Shown: in pieces, positions 7,091-18,105 of the stretch
How the letters are laid out: each line of letters begins with the position of its first letter
Numbering within the stretch: the stretch's first letter is position 1
From: an uncultured Campylobacterales bacterium
Lineage (GTDB): Bacteria > Campylobacterota > Campylobacteria > Campylobacterales > Sulfurimonadaceae
Length of the DNA stretch: 64,000 bases
NCBI GenBank assembly: GCA_964650175.1
Contig: CAZYTC010000007.1
Coordinates: forward strand, 484-64,483
Direction: 5' to 3'
Program-made: the position numbers and the translations under genes
Notes under the pieces: generated by a model
What the model saw: only the letters and a program-made list of their open reading frames with translations
What the model was told of the DNA's origin: nothing
Databases searched by the model: none

Positions 7091-9188
7091 GATAACTATC
7101 GCACTGGTAGGTCAGCCAAATGTGGGCAAAAGTATGCTCATTAACTCTATTAGTGATGCCAAACTACATGTGGGAAATTTTACGGGTGTTACAGTAGAGA
7201 AGAAGATTGTTACATTTAAATATAGTGGCTATGAGATAGATATCGTCGATTTACCAGGGACTTATGCGTTTAATGATTATTCGCTAGAAGAGCGGGTTAC
7301 GCATGAGTTTTTGACAACTGGCGAGTATGATTTGATAGTAAATGTGGTCGATTCTACAAATCTAGAGAAGAACCTACAGCTAACATCTGAGCTGATGACA
7401 ACTAGTAAAAAGATGATAATCGCTCTAAATATGTCTGATGAGGCAAAAAAAGAGTCTATCGAGATAGATGATAGATATCTCTCGCAGCTACTAGGAGTGA
7501 GTGCGATAAGTGTATCAGCTGCTACAAAAGAGGGTTTAGATAGATTATTAGATGAGATTATAGAGCTATATGAGAGAGATTTTAGCGAGCCAAAACTGGT
7601 ATTTAGTGAAGCGGCAGAAGAGGAGATATCAAAAATCTCATCATATCTAGATAGCCAAAAATATAGCGGTGCAATATCAAATCGAAATATCGCTATAAAT
7701 CTACTGCAAAAAGAGAAATCTATCTATCAGCTACTGCACGATGACCCTATCTGGACGGAGTTGCAGCCTAGATTACTAGAGGCAGATAGACACATATTGC
7801 TGCATCATGACACAGAGGATATGAAAGAGGCATTTAGCGAGGAGTACCGTGCGTTTAATCGCGGTATTGTAGCTGAGACGGTAAAAGTCAAATCTGATGC
7901 GATAGAGAAAAAGACAACGACACAAAAGATAGATGCGGTGCTGATACACCCATTTTTTGGTATACCTATATTTTTGTTTTTTATGTGGGGGCTTTTTCAG
8001 CTCACTTTTACACTAGGTGATATTCCGACAGTTTGGATAGAGGAGTTTTTTGAGTGGCTTGGGATGAGTGTTGCCTCTGGTATTGCTAATGAGGAGTTGG
8101 CATCACTGGTGAGCGATGGGCTAATCGCTGGTGTGGGTGCTGTTGTAGGATTTTTGCCAAATATTATTATACTTTTTATAGGGATTGCACTGCTTGAATC
8201 GACTGGATATATGTCTAGGGTTGCATTTTTGCTCGATGGATTTTTTCATAAATTTGGTCTGCATGGGCAGAGTTTTATACCGCTAGTTACGGGGTTTGGA
8301 TGCTCTATTCCTGCCTATATGTCTGCTAGGATACTAAAAAATGATCGCGATAGATTACTGACGCTATTTGTTATAGGTTTTATGAGTTGTGGGGCGAGAT
8401 TGCCTATTTATGTGCTATTTACGGGGGCGTTTTTTGGCACAGAGCACGCTGGAAATGTGCTGTTTGCTATCTATATTGGCGGAGCGATAATAGGGCTAAT
8501 TGCTGCAAAAATACTGAAAATGACAGCATTTAAAGGCGAAGATGAGCCATTTGTTATGGAGATGCCAAAATATAGATTGCCATCGGCAAAACTGGTTTGG
8601 CATACAGTCTCATCAAAGAGTATGATGTATCTAAAAAAAGCGGGTACATTTATCGCCGCTGCTTCTGTTTTGGTCTGGTTTATGAGTACATACCCTAAAA
8701 ATACAGAGTTAGCAGAGATTTATGAGGCAAAAATAGAGTCGGCCATAAATGAAGAGATGGCTCAAGAGCTAGAGAATGAGCTAGCAAATAAAGAGCTAGA
8801 GGGTAGCTATTTAGGGCAGTTTGGTCATGCGATAGAGCCATTTTTTGCTCCATTAGGACTAGATTGGAAGATGGCAGTAGCACTACAAACAGGACTCGCT
8901 GCAAAAGAGGTAGTGGTCTCTACTATGGGGGTGCTTTATTCGCTAGGTGGGGATGCTGATGAGGAGAGCAAATCGCTCATTAGTGCGATTAGTAAAAATA
9001 TTCCATTTGCATCTGCTGTGGCATTTATCGTGGTGATAATGACCTATTTGCCGTGTTTGGCGGCATCTGTAGTGTTTACCCGAGAGGCTGGTGGATTTAA
9101 ATATTTTATCTATCTGTTTGCATTTACTAGTGCTGTAGCATATTTTCTAGCATTTATCGCATATAATATCGCATTAGCGATGGGTTAA
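7083..9188 (+). CDS. feoB: Ferrous iron transporter FeoB
   Basis: 701 aa. N-terminal G domain (GQPNVGKS, DLPGTY, NMSD) followed by a polytopic membrane domain. Confidence 0.97.
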   Translation: MNKITIALVGQPNVGKSMLINSISDAKLHVGNFTGVTVEKKIVTFKYSGYEIDIVDLPGTYAFNDYSLEERVTHEFLTTGEYDLIVNVVDSTNLEKNLQLTSELMTTSKKMIIALNMSDEAKKESIEIDDRYLSQLLGVSAISVSAATKEGLDRLLDEIIELYERDFSEPKLVFSEAAEEEISKISSYLDSQKYSGAISNRNIAINLLQKEKSIYQLLHDDPIWTELQPRLLEADRHILLHHDTEDMKEAFSEEYRAFNRGIVAETVKVKSDAIEKKTTTQKIDAVLIHPFFGIPIFLFFMWGLFQLTFTLGDIPTVWIEEFFEWLGMSVASGIANEELASLVSDGLIAGVGAVVGFLPNIIILFIGIALLESTGYMSRVAFLLDGFFHKFGLHGQSFIPLVTGFGCSIPAYMSARILKNDRDRLLTLFVIGFMSCGARLPIYVLFTGAFFGTEHAGNVLFAIYIGGAIIGLIAAKILKMTAFKGEDEPFVMEMPKYRLPSAKLVWHTVSSKSMMYLKKAGTFIAAASVLVWFMSTYPKNTELAEIYEAKIESAINEEMAQELENELANKELEGSYLGQFGHAIEPFFAPLGLDWKMAVALQTGLAAKEVVVSTMGVLYSLGGDADEESKSLISAISKNIPFASAVAFIVVIMTYLPCLAASVVFTREAGGFKYFIYLFAFTSAVAYFLAFIAYNIALAMG

Positions 9189-9211
9189 AAAAGATTTGAT
9201 ATAATAGCTCT

Positions 9212-9874
9212 ATGAGTAAAATATTAATGATAGAAGATGACCTAGAGCTCGCAGAGATACTAGGTGAATTTTTAGAAAAATATGGTTTTGAGGTTGTTAC
9301 TGAGGATGATCCATTTAAGGCTCTGAGTATTTTAAAGCTAGAGAAATTTGATGTGGTGATACTAGATTTAACACTTCCAGGGATGGATGGGCTAGAGGTG
9401 TGCGAGGCTATCAGACAGCGTCAAAATATTCCTATCATAATATCATCGGCTCGCTCTGATGTAAATGATAAGATAAAAGCACTAGAGCTAGGAGCAGATG
9501 ATTATCTGCCAAAACCGTATGATCCTAGAGAGCTAGAGGCGAGACTACACTCTGTACTTCGCAGGTATGATGTGGCACTAGAGTTAGCCCAAGAGCGACT
9601 TAGCGATTATAAACTAGATGAAGATGCGATGCAAATTAGCTATAAAAACAGAGCATTAGAGTTAACAAATGCAGAGTATGGGATACTAGCTCATATGATT
9701 AAAAAACAGGGAATGGTGGTATCGCGAGAGGATTTAATACATAATGTATCAGCGATAAATGAGGACTCATCAAACAAGAGTATAGATGTTATGATGGGGC
9801 GAATACGAAACAAACTAGGCGACAAAACGCTCATCGAATCGATACGCGGTATCGGATATAAATTGCTCAAATAA
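9212..9874 (+). CDS. OmpR-family response regulator (ArsR/RacR-like)
   Basis: 220 aa. REC domain with VVILDLTLPGMDG and ADDYLPKPYDPREL, plus a winged-helix C-terminus (IRGIGYKL). Confidence 0.9.
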   Translation: MSKILMIEDDLELAEILGEFLEKYGFEVVTEDDPFKALSILKLEKFDVVILDLTLPGMDGLEVCEAIRQRQNIPIIISSARSDVNDKIKALELGADDYLPKPYDPRELEARLHSVLRRYDVALELAQERLSDYKLDEDAMQISYKNRALELTNAEYGILAHMIKKQGMVVSREDLIHNVSAINEDSSNKSIDVMMGRIRNKLGDKTLIESIRGIGYKLLK

Positions 9875-11154
9875 TGCTACGAAATAATGCTGTTTTAGTA
9901 ACTGTTACATTTGCTCTATTTGTAACTTTTGCGACAGTATCATATACCTTTTATCAACTATATCTAAACAATAAAACCAAACATATAGAGAATATTTTTC
10001 AAAAACACTCTCTCATTAGCCAGATGTATTATACCTATGTGACAAAGCAGATTTCTACACCTTTGTATGATGCAAATCTAGCACTACAGGCTTTAGAGGA
10101 GATTAAAAATAGCTCGCTTCAAGATCAGGTATTGCGATATGGAAGCATACTAAAAAATGATGGCTATATAGATATTTTAGTAGAAAAACACCCTACTAGC
10201 TACTTTATGCAGGTGACTCAAGATATAGAGCGAGTCAGTATTACAATGATAGAGTTTCATGATCAGATATATTTTTATATCGATGGGTTAGGTAGCTCTA
10301 CTATGATATTGGATTTATCATCGCAGCCATATCAGTCGCTTAGTTTGGTATCTGCTTATACGACAATAGTCTCTATTTTAGCTATATCATTTGGGCTGAT
10401 TATATATAAGCTAAGACCACTACAGAGGCTTCGTCGCCAGATTGCTAGATTTGGAGAGGGCGATATGGGGGTGAGTTTTGCGATAAATGGCTCTGATGAG
10501 ATAGCACTTATCGCCAATGAGCTAGAGTCCACACAAAACAAAATCAAGAGGATTTTAGAGTCTAGAAATCTCTTTTTGCGAAATATTATGCATGAGCTAA
10601 AGACCCCTATTGCAAAGGGTCGGATTGCCGCTACAATGCTAGAGGATGAGAAAAATATTAAACGATTTGAGAATATTTTTACCAGACTTGAATCACTTAT
10701 CGGAGAGTTTGCACTTATAGAAGAGGTGGCATCTAGTAATTCACACTGTGAAAAAAGTGAATATCGCCTCATAGACATAGTTGATGGTGCTGTTGATATG
10801 GCGATGATTGAGTATGATGCTGTCGATGTGGAGGTCGATTCATCGTTTAAATTGATGGTTGATTATAGACTCTTTACGACAGTGGTCAAGAATCTCATCG
10901 ATAATGCGATTAAATACTCTATCGATAAGAGGGTAAAAATCTATATTTTAGATAATAATATAGTGTTTGAAAATAGCTCGGAGCCACTAAAATATAGCCT
11001 AGAGTATTATATCGAGCCATTTACAAAAGATAGCTCTATAAAAGATAGCTTCGGGCTAGGGCTCTATATAGTAGATGCGATACTAAAAGAGCACGATTTT
11101 AGTCTGCTCTATGAGCATATTGATGGTAAAAATAGATTTATAATAAGGGTATAG
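9874..11154 (+). CDS. Sensor histidine kinase (ArsS/RacS-like)
   Basis: 426 aa. Two TM segments flank a periplasmic domain. HAMP region, H-box MHELKTPI, then N and G boxes (DNAIKYS, GLGLYI). Its ATG overlaps the regulator's stop codon. Confidence 0.85.
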   Translation: MLRNNAVLVTVTFALFVTFATVSYTFYQLYLNNKTKHIENIFQKHSLISQMYYTYVTKQISTPLYDANLALQALEEIKNSSLQDQVLRYGSILKNDGYIDILVEKHPTSYFMQVTQDIERVSITMIEFHDQIYFYIDGLGSSTMILDLSSQPYQSLSLVSAYTTIVSILAISFGLIIYKLRPLQRLRRQIARFGEGDMGVSFAINGSDEIALIANELESTQNKIKRILESRNLFLRNIMHELKTPIAKGRIAATMLEDEKNIKRFENIFTRLESLIGEFALIEEVASSNSHCEKSEYRLIDIVDGAVDMAMIEYDAVDVEVDSSFKLMVDYRLFTTVVKNLIDNAIKYSIDKRVKIYILDNNIVFENSSEPLKYSLEYYIEPFTKDSSIKDSFGLGLYIVDAILKEHDFSLLYEHIDGKNRFIIRV

Positions 11155-11922
11155 ATGAAGCAGATATTGATTACAAATGATGATGGTTATGATTCAGAGG
11201 GGCTATTATCGCTCATAGAGGCACTAGATGGGCTAGGGCATATTACAGTGGTGGCACCATCGAGTGAAAAGAGTGCATGCGGACACTCGCTGACTCTCAC
11301 AAGACCGCTTAGTTTTATCTCTATAGGGGATGATTTTTACAAGCTTGATGATGGTACGCCGAGTGATTGTGTATATTTGGCACTGCACTCTATTTTTGAT
11401 GAGAGAAAACCAGATTTGCTCATCAGCGGTATAAATAAAGGCTCAAATATGGGCGAGGATATCACATATAGTGGTACCTGTGCGGGTGCTATGGAGGCGG
11501 TACTGCATGATGTGCCTGCTATTGCGATATCGCAAGTGATGGATTTTGCTAGAGTAGATCATGATTATACACTAGCAAAAGAGGCGATTAGAGATATTGC
11601 CTCTAGGGTTCTAGATGGCGGTTTTCCACTAGGTGAGAGAGAGTTTTTAAATGTGAATATCCCATATGATGTAAGAGAGTTACGATATCAGATAACATAT
11701 GCAGGGCACAGATTTTATGCCAATGATGCACACTTGCACCGCAACCCGCGAGGGCTAGAGTACTACTGGCTGGGTCTGCATCCACTAGAGTATAAAAGAC
11801 GCGAAAATATCGATGGGGTGTGTGATTTTGATGCTATTAAAAATGGATTCGTTTCGATAACTCCTATAAAACTAGATATGAGTGCGTATGAATCTATGGA
11901 TAGGCTGAAAAACTGGATATGA
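11155..11922 (+). CDS. surE: 5'/3'-nucleotidase SurE
   Basis: 255 aa with ILITNDDGYDSEGL at the N-terminus. Confidence 0.95.
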   Translation: MKQILITNDDGYDSEGLLSLIEALDGLGHITVVAPSSEKSACGHSLTLTRPLSFISIGDDFYKLDDGTPSDCVYLALHSIFDERKPDLLISGINKGSNMGEDITYSGTCAGAMEAVLHDVPAIAISQVMDFARVDHDYTLAKEAIRDIASRVLDGGFPLGEREFLNVNIPYDVRELRYQITYAGHRFYANDAHLHRNPRGLEYYWLGLHPLEYKRRENIDGVCDFDAIKNGFVSITPIKLDMSAYESMDRLKNWI

Positions 11923-12563
11923 GATTTGATAGAGTAAAAACGCTCATAGGTGATGAGAAATTTGAGGTATTATCATCTAAAAAGGTGCTGCTGCTAGGCG
12001 TTGGTGGGGTAGGTAGTTTTTGTCTGGATTGTCTATATCGCAGTGGTGTTAGTGATATAACTATTATCGATTTTGATAGATTTGATATCACAAACCAAAA
12101 TCGCCAGATGCACTCAGAATTACATGAGGGAGAGTTAAAGATAGAGGCTCTAAAAACTCACTATGAAACTATCACGGCACTAAATATTAAAATAACTCCA
12201 GAGTGGGTGGAGAGTTTTGATTTTAGCCCCTATGATATAGTGATAGATGCGATAGATGATACAGCTGCAAAGATAGCAATCATTAAAAAAGCTCACAAAA
12301 AGCTTATCTCTGCGGTGGGCTCAGCAAAGAGAGTCGATACTACCAAAGTAGAGATTAAATCATTTTGGAAGATAGAGGGTGATAGATTTGCTGCAAAGCT
12401 TCGCTCCTTGTTGCGAAAAGATGGCTTCAATGGCGATTTTTTATGTGTCTGTAGTAGTGAGCTATCTAGATGTAGTGAAAAAGGGAGCTTTGTAGGTGTT
12501 ACAGGAGCTTTTGGGCTAGCACTATGCTCGCTTGCTATGAGAAAACTAGCTAATATAAAATAA
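11919..12563 (+). CDS. tcdA: ThiF/MoeB-family tRNA threonylcarbamoyladenosine dehydratase
   Basis: 214 aa. LLLGVGGVGS Rossmann motif and ...DFDRFDITNQNRQ. ATGA overlap with surE. Confidence 0.8.
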   Translation: MRFDRVKTLIGDEKFEVLSSKKVLLLGVGGVGSFCLDCLYRSGVSDITIIDFDRFDITNQNRQMHSELHEGELKIEALKTHYETITALNIKITPEWVESFDFSPYDIVIDAIDDTAAKIAIIKKAHKKLISAVGSAKRVDTTKVEIKSFWKIEGDRFAAKLRSLLRKDGFNGDFLCVCSSELSRCSEKGSFVGVTGAFGLALCSLAMRKLANIK

Positions 12564-12604
12564 TAGTTTAGATATAATGACTTTATTAATTATGGAGAAT
12601 ATAT

Positions 12605-13093
12605 ATGAGACAAGAGCCGATGACAAAATATGGATTTCAAAAACTTTCAGATGAGTTAAATAGATTAAAAACAGTAGATTTACCAGAGGTAAATAAAGAG
12701 ATAGAGAGAGCAAAAGAGCTAGGGGATCTAAAAGAGAACTCAGAGTATCACGCAGCAAAAGAGAAGCAGGCATTTATAGGTACTCGCATAGCAGAGCTTG
12801 GCGATATTATTGGTTGTGCTGTGATAGTGGATCCTAGTGAATTAGGACATGAGAGAGTTAGCTTTGGCTCTACGGTAGTGCTATGTGATTTAGATAGCGA
12901 TGAGGAGCTGACATATACTATAGTAGGTGGATTTGAAAGTAGTGTAGAGCGTGGGCTTATATCGTTTCACTCGCCACTTGCAAAGAGTCTACTAGGCAAG
13001 GAAGAGGGCGATGAGGTGGTCTCAAAACTCCCTGGCGGTGTGAGAAATTTTGAGCTTTTAGAGGTTAAATATCAGGAGATTGTCTTTGAATAA
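12605..13093 (+). CDS. greA: Transcription elongation factor GreA
   Basis: 162 aa with ...GDLKENSEYHAAKEKQAFIGTRIAEL... Confidence 0.95.
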   Translation: MRQEPMTKYGFQKLSDELNRLKTVDLPEVNKEIERAKELGDLKENSEYHAAKEKQAFIGTRIAELGDIIGCAVIVDPSELGHERVSFGSTVVLCDLDSDEELTYTIVGGFESSVERGLISFHSPLAKSLLGKEEGDEVVSKLPGGVRNFELLEVKYQEIVFE

Positions 13094-14099
13094 GATTAGC
13101 GTAGGGATAATCGGCGTTAGCGGATATACGGGCTTTGAGCTAGTAAAAATGCTACTACACCATGAGCGTTTTGAGCTAAAATATTGTGCAAACACAGAGG
13201 GTGGCTCGACGCTATCACAGCTTCATCCATCACTTATGGGTGTTTTTGATATGGAGGTAGAGGCACTAGATTTAAGCGTTGCTTCTAGTAGATGCGAGCT
13301 AGTTTTTCTAGCCCTCCCACATAAAACAGCGATGCAGAGTGCTAAAGTGTTGCTTGGTCTAGGTGTAAAAGTGGTTGATTTATCTGCTGATTATAGATTG
13401 TCGCTAGAAAATTATGAGACGCACTATTGCCCTCACGAGGATATAGATAATCTCTCTCATGCTATCTACTCTATTCCAGAACTGCATCACGCTAGCGTAG
13501 CGGGTGCATCGTTGGTGGCAAACCCTGGGTGCCATGTCACATCTTCACTGCTTGCTCTTGCTCCATTTTTAGAGTATATCGATACCACGCAACCTATATT
13601 TATAGACTCTAAAACAGGAGTCTCTGGAGCTGGAAAATCACCAAGCACAACAGTGCATTATGTATCTGTAAATGATAATATTCACTGCTATAACATCATA
13701 AAACATCGCCATAGTATAGAGATAAAAGAGCACGCTTCCAAATTACTAGGCGATGATGTGAAAATCACATTTGTGCCATCTTTGGTGCCTATGAGTCGTG
13801 GAATGCTCTCAAATATCTATGCGACGCTAAAGAGTGATATAGATGCGATGGAGATTTTAAGAGAGTACTATAAAAATGAGCCATTTATCAGGGTTCGCGA
13901 TTTGCCACCACATACTAAAATGACATCGGGAACAAATTTCGCAGATATCTACGCGGCAACTGATGCTAATGCACTAGTCTCTATCTGTGCGATAGATAAT
14001 CTAATGCGTGGGGCTAGCTCACAAGCACTAGTCAATGCTAATATTATGATGGGACTAGATGCTGATATGGGAGTACCAAAAATCGCCTATGTGCCATAA
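13080..14099 (+). CDS. argC: N-acetyl-gamma-glutamyl-phosphate reductase
   Basis: 339 aa. GVSGYTG NAD motif and a catalytic Cys in ANPGCHVTS. TTG start. Confidence 0.93.
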   Translation: MSLNKISVGIIGVSGYTGFELVKMLLHHERFELKYCANTEGGSTLSQLHPSLMGVFDMEVEALDLSVASSRCELVFLALPHKTAMQSAKVLLGLGVKVVDLSADYRLSLENYETHYCPHEDIDNLSHAIYSIPELHHASVAGASLVANPGCHVTSSLLALAPFLEYIDTTQPIFIDSKTGVSGAGKSPSTTVHYVSVNDNIHCYNIIKHRHSIEIKEHASKLLGDDVKITFVPSLVPMSRGMLSNIYATLKSDIDAMEILREYYKNEPFIRVRDLPPHTKMTSGTNFADIYAATDANALVSICAIDNLMRGASSQALVNANIMMGLDADMGVPKIAYVP

Positions 14100-14802
14100 A
14101 ATCGCTGATGATGCGATATTTATCGCCGATGCTCATTATGGTAGCTATAGAGAGAATCTATTAAAGCTATTATATGATATAGATAGTGGCAGCGTTGCTA
14201 CGACACAGCTATTTTTGATGGGCGATATTGCTGATTTGCTATTTGGTGGAGTTGATGCGACTTATGAGCTAAATCGTGATTTTATCGCTCTTTTAGAGTC
14301 TATCGGCTCTAAGATAGAGCTCGTCTATCTAGAGGGAAATCATGATTTTAATCTATCAAAAATATTTAAAAATCTAACTATCTACCCTAGAGAGTCTCAG
14401 CCTGTAATCTATCGCTATAGAGAGCACAATATCGCACTAGCACATGGTGATTTGTATGGCTCTAGAGGCTATGAGATATATACAAAACTTATACGAAATA
14501 GAGCAATTTTAAAATTTTTAAATACTATTAACAATATATTTGGCAATTTTATCATTAATAATCTACTCTCATCGATGCAGAGAAAAAAACATTGCCAAAA
14601 GATAGAGCATTTTAGAGATTTAATAGAGAAAAAATTAGAGTTTTATGATATTAAAAATATTGATATTTTAATAGAGGGGCACTATCATCAAGGCGAGAGT
14701 TTTAGTGTTTGTGGTATAGAGTATATAAATCTAGATGCTTTTGCTTGTAATGAAAGTTACTTTAGAGTACAATTATTGTTAGATAAGCAAAAAGAGACTT
14801 AA
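14089..14802 (+). CDS. lpxH: UDP-2,3-diacylglucosamine diphosphatase-like metallophosphoesterase
   Basis: Motifs ADAHYG, GDIADL, GNHD and AHGD. The ATG at 14089 overlaps the argC stop and is preferred over the track start at 14059. Confidence 0.65.
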   Translation: MCHKIADDAIFIADAHYGSYRENLLKLLYDIDSGSVATTQLFLMGDIADLLFGGVDATYELNRDFIALLESIGSKIELVYLEGNHDFNLSKIFKNLTIYPRESQPVIYRYREHNIALAHGDLYGSRGYEIYTKLIRNRAILKFLNTINNIFGNFIINNLLSSMQRKKHCQKIEHFRDLIEKKLEFYDIKNIDILIEGHYHQGESFSVCGIEYINLDAFACNESYFRVQLLLDKQKET

Positions 14803-14814
14803 AAGGAGTCTGTA

Positions 14815-15759
14815 ATGCTCGGACAGAGTGAGGTATTAAAAGTCGGCTCCAATGAGATGGAGCTTGTGGACTTTCGTATATTTAAGAAAGAATCTGATGA
14901 GATATATGAGGGAATCTATGGTATAAATGTGGCAAAGGTGCGTGAGATTATTCGCTACCCAAAGCTCACAGAACTCCCAGGAACACCCGATTATATAGAG
15001 GGGATTTTTGATCTTCGTGGTGTTGTGATACCTGTTGTAAACCTAGCAAAGTGGATGGGTGTTATAGAGCCAGATGATATGGAAGAGAAATCTCGCGTAA
15101 TTATCACAGAGTTTAATAATATACTAATTGGTTTTGTGGTTCATGAGGCTAAACGAATTAGACGCATAAACTGGAAAGATATAGAGCCAGCATCGTTTAT
15201 CTCTTCTAGTAGCGGTCTTGATGGCTCTAAAATCACAGGTGTGACTCGTATCGAAGATGAAGCGGTGCTTTTGATACTAGATTTAGAGAGTGTTGTTCAG
15301 GATTTAGGACTCTATCAGCCAGCTAGTGCGAAGCTAGAAGATGGCAAATATAATTTTGATGGCTATGTATTGCTGCTTGATGATAGTGTTACTGCTAGAA
15401 GAATTATCGGTGATGCACTAGAGCAGATGGGGTTTGAGGTCATAGAGGCTACTGATGGAGAAAATGGTCTGCGAATTCTAGAAGAGATGTATGGAAAATA
15501 TGGCGATGAGTTGCCATCTAAGCTAAAACTAATCGCATCAGATATTGAGATGCCACTGATGGATGGTTTTCATTTTGCGGCAAATGTCAAATCAGATAGT
15601 AGATATAAAGCTATCCCGATAGTATTTAACTCCTCTATAAGCGATCACTTTAGTGAGATTCGTGGAAAAGAGGCTGGTGGAGAGGCGTATTTAGTCAAAT
15701 TTGATTCAAATTTATTTTATGATCAGGTAGCACGAGTAGTTCGAGCTCATGTAGGTTAG
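14815..15759 (+). CDS. cheV: Chemotaxis coupling protein CheV (CheW-like + REC)
   Basis: 314 aa. CheW-like N-terminal domain plus a receiver (LLLDDS..., DIEMPLMDG). A good AAGGAG RBS precedes it. Confidence 0.93.
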   Translation: MLGQSEVLKVGSNEMELVDFRIFKKESDEIYEGIYGINVAKVREIIRYPKLTELPGTPDYIEGIFDLRGVVIPVVNLAKWMGVIEPDDMEEKSRVIITEFNNILIGFVVHEAKRIRRINWKDIEPASFISSSSGLDGSKITGVTRIEDEAVLLILDLESVVQDLGLYQPASAKLEDGKYNFDGYVLLLDDSVTARRIIGDALEQMGFEVIEATDGENGLRILEEMYGKYGDELPSKLKLIASDIEMPLMDGFHFAANVKSDSRYKAIPIVFNSSISDHFSEIRGKEAGGEAYLVKFDSNLFYDQVARVVRAHVG

Positions 15760-15768
15760 GGGGTTGCT

Positions 15769-18105
15769 ATGGATGAATTTCAAGAGATATTACAAGATTT
15801 TTTAATAGAATCATTTGAGCTGATAGAGCAGCTTGACCAAGATTTAGTCGATTTGGAGTCTAATCCTAATGATTTAGAGCTACTAAATCGTATATTTAGG
15901 GTTGCACATACCGTTAAAGGTGCTAGTTCATTTTTAAACTTTGATATATTGAGTCGCTTGACGCACCATATGGAAAATCTACTCAATATGGCTCGTCATG
16001 GCGAGCTTCAAATCACCTCTGATGTAATGGATGTTATATTAGAATCTATCGATTTGATGAAAGAGATATTAGGGTTTATTAGAGATAATGGCAACGATAG
16101 CGGATTTGAGATAGAAGCGTGTGTAGCGAGACTTGATGAGGTTGCAAATAGTAAAGGTGCATCAAGCTCTACTGCCGCTGCTGCACCTAGTGAGCCAGTA
16201 GTTGAGAAAGCACCAGAACCGCAGGAGCCAGTCGAATCAGATGAAGAGGAGATAGACTACTCAAACCTATCAGATGCAGAGGTCGAGGCTGAAATCGAGA
16301 GATTATTAGCAGAGCGACAAGCACAAGATGCGAAAAAACGAGCAGAGAAAAAAGCAGAGGAGCCAGAACAGGCTCCAAAAGAGCAGGCTCCAGCAAAAGT
16401 GACAACGCCTGCAAAAGCAACATCTACAGCTGTTAAAAAGGTAGAAAAAGATGACTCAAATAGTGGCTCTGCGATAGAGCAGACTATTAGAGTTGATGTA
16501 AAACGACTAGATCATCTGATGAATCTAATCGGAGAGCTAGTTCTAGGTAAAAACCGTCTGATTAAAATCAATGATGATGTTGAAGAGAGATATGAGGGAG
16601 AGGCGTTTTTAGAGGAGCTAAATCAGGTTGTATCTATAGTTTCACTTGTAACAACTGATTTGCAAATCGCTGTTATGAAGACTAGAATGCTACCTATCGG
16701 TAAAGTCTTTAATAAGTTCCCAAGAATGATTAGAGACCTCTCTCGCGAGTTAGATAAGAAGATAGAGCTAGTTATCACAGGCGAAGAGACAGAGCTAGAT
16801 AAATCTATTGTAGAGGTTATAGGTGACCCGCTAGTTCATATCATTAGAAACTCATGTGATCATGGTATAGAATCGCTAGCTGAGAGGGTAGATCAAGGCA
16901 AAGATGAGACAGGTGTTGTTCAGCTAAAAGCATACCATGAAGGTAATCATATAGTAATCCAGATTATCGATGATGGTAAAGGTCTAGATGCTGATAGATT
17001 AAAAGAGATATCGATAGATAAGGGTGTAATCAGCGAAAAAGAGGCTGATTTAATGAGCGATAAAGAGGCATTTGGTCTTATTTTCCGCCCTGGGTTTTCA
17101 ACTGCAAAACAGGTAACGAGCGTATCTGGTCGTGGTGTGGGGATGGATGTTGTTAAAACAAATATCGAAAAGCTAAATGGATTAATAGATATAGATTCTG
17201 AGTTAGGTCATGGAACATCGATAAAATTAAAAATTCCTCTAACGCTAGCGATTATCCAAGCACTTCTAGTAGGGGTGCAAGAGGAGTATTATGCTATACC
17301 ACTAGCATCTGTTTTAGAGACAGTTCGTATCAGCAAAGATGAGATATATAGCGTCGAGGGTCGCTCTGTTATGAGACTGCGAAACGAGGTTCTATCTCTT
17401 GTGCATATTGGAGATATTTTCGAGGTTGAGCGAGTGTTTGATAATAGCGAACACGCTTATGTAGTTGTACTAGGGCTTGCTGAGAGCAAAATCGGTCTAA
17501 TTGTTGATTCGCTTGTGGGTCAAGAGGAGATTGTTATTAAATCACTAGGCGAGTATCTAAAAGGTATCGAGGGTATCGCTGGTGCAACTATTAGAGGCGA
17601 TGGTGGTGTTACGCTGATTGTTGATGTGGCAGCACTAATGCAGATGGCAAAATCTGTAAAATCTACCGTGGGTCAAGAGGGTGATGGCAAGGCGGTCTCT
17701 AGAGAGAAAAACTCTCCAGAAGATTATGTGGTGCTAATCATAGATGACTCTAAAACAGATAGAAATATTATGCGAAAATCTCTAGAGCCTATGGGTATAA
17801 CGCTACTAGAGGCAGCTGATGGTGTAGAGGCATTAAATATGCTAAAACAGGGCGATCAGCATTTTGATGCGATGCTAGTTGATATCGAGATGCCTCGTAT
17901 GGATGGGTATACGCTAGCAGCAGAGATTAAAAAGTATAATAAATACAAAAATCTACCACTAATAGCGGTAACTTCTAGAACAGGCAAGGCTGATAGAATG
18001 AGAGGTGTAGAGTCTGGAATGATAGAGTATATCACTAAACCATACTCGCCAGATTATTTAATGAGTGTAGTAAAACGAAATATCAACTTCAAAGAGGGGC
18101 TATAA
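15769..18105 (+). CDS. cheA: Chemotaxis histidine kinase CheA with C-terminal receiver (CheAY)
   Basis: 778 aa. Hpt (HTVKGAS), dimerisation and HATPase domains, CheW-like domain, then a C-terminal REC (DIEMPRMDG). Confidence 0.97.
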   Translation: MDEFQEILQDFLIESFELIEQLDQDLVDLESNPNDLELLNRIFRVAHTVKGASSFLNFDILSRLTHHMENLLNMARHGELQITSDVMDVILESIDLMKEILGFIRDNGNDSGFEIEACVARLDEVANSKGASSSTAAAAPSEPVVEKAPEPQEPVESDEEEIDYSNLSDAEVEAEIERLLAERQAQDAKKRAEKKAEEPEQAPKEQAPAKVTTPAKATSTAVKKVEKDDSNSGSAIEQTIRVDVKRLDHLMNLIGELVLGKNRLIKINDDVEERYEGEAFLEELNQVVSIVSLVTTDLQIAVMKTRMLPIGKVFNKFPRMIRDLSRELDKKIELVITGEETELDKSIVEVIGDPLVHIIRNSCDHGIESLAERVDQGKDETGVVQLKAYHEGNHIVIQIIDDGKGLDADRLKEISIDKGVISEKEADLMSDKEAFGLIFRPGFSTAKQVTSVSGRGVGMDVVKTNIEKLNGLIDIDSELGHGTSIKLKIPLTLAIIQALLVGVQEEYYAIPLASVLETVRISKDEIYSVEGRSVMRLRNEVLSLVHIGDIFEVERVFDNSEHAYVVVLGLAESKIGLIVDSLVGQEEIVIKSLGEYLKGIEGIAGATIRGDGGVTLIVDVAALMQMAKSVKSTVGQEGDGKAVSREKNSPEDYVVLIIDDSKTDRNIMRKSLEPMGITLLEAADGVEALNMLKQGDQHFDAMLVDIEMPRMDGYTLAAEIKKYNKYKNLPLIAVTSRTGKADRMRGVESGMIEYITKPYSPDYLMSVVKRNINFKEGL

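Noticed and set aside
16140-16440. Low-complexity Ala/Pro/Glu/Lys-rich stretch, with an antisense 78-aa ORF at 16187-16423.
   Set aside because: This is the flexible linker between the CheA Hpt (P1) domain and the downstream domains. The antisense ORF is a shadow of this biased region.
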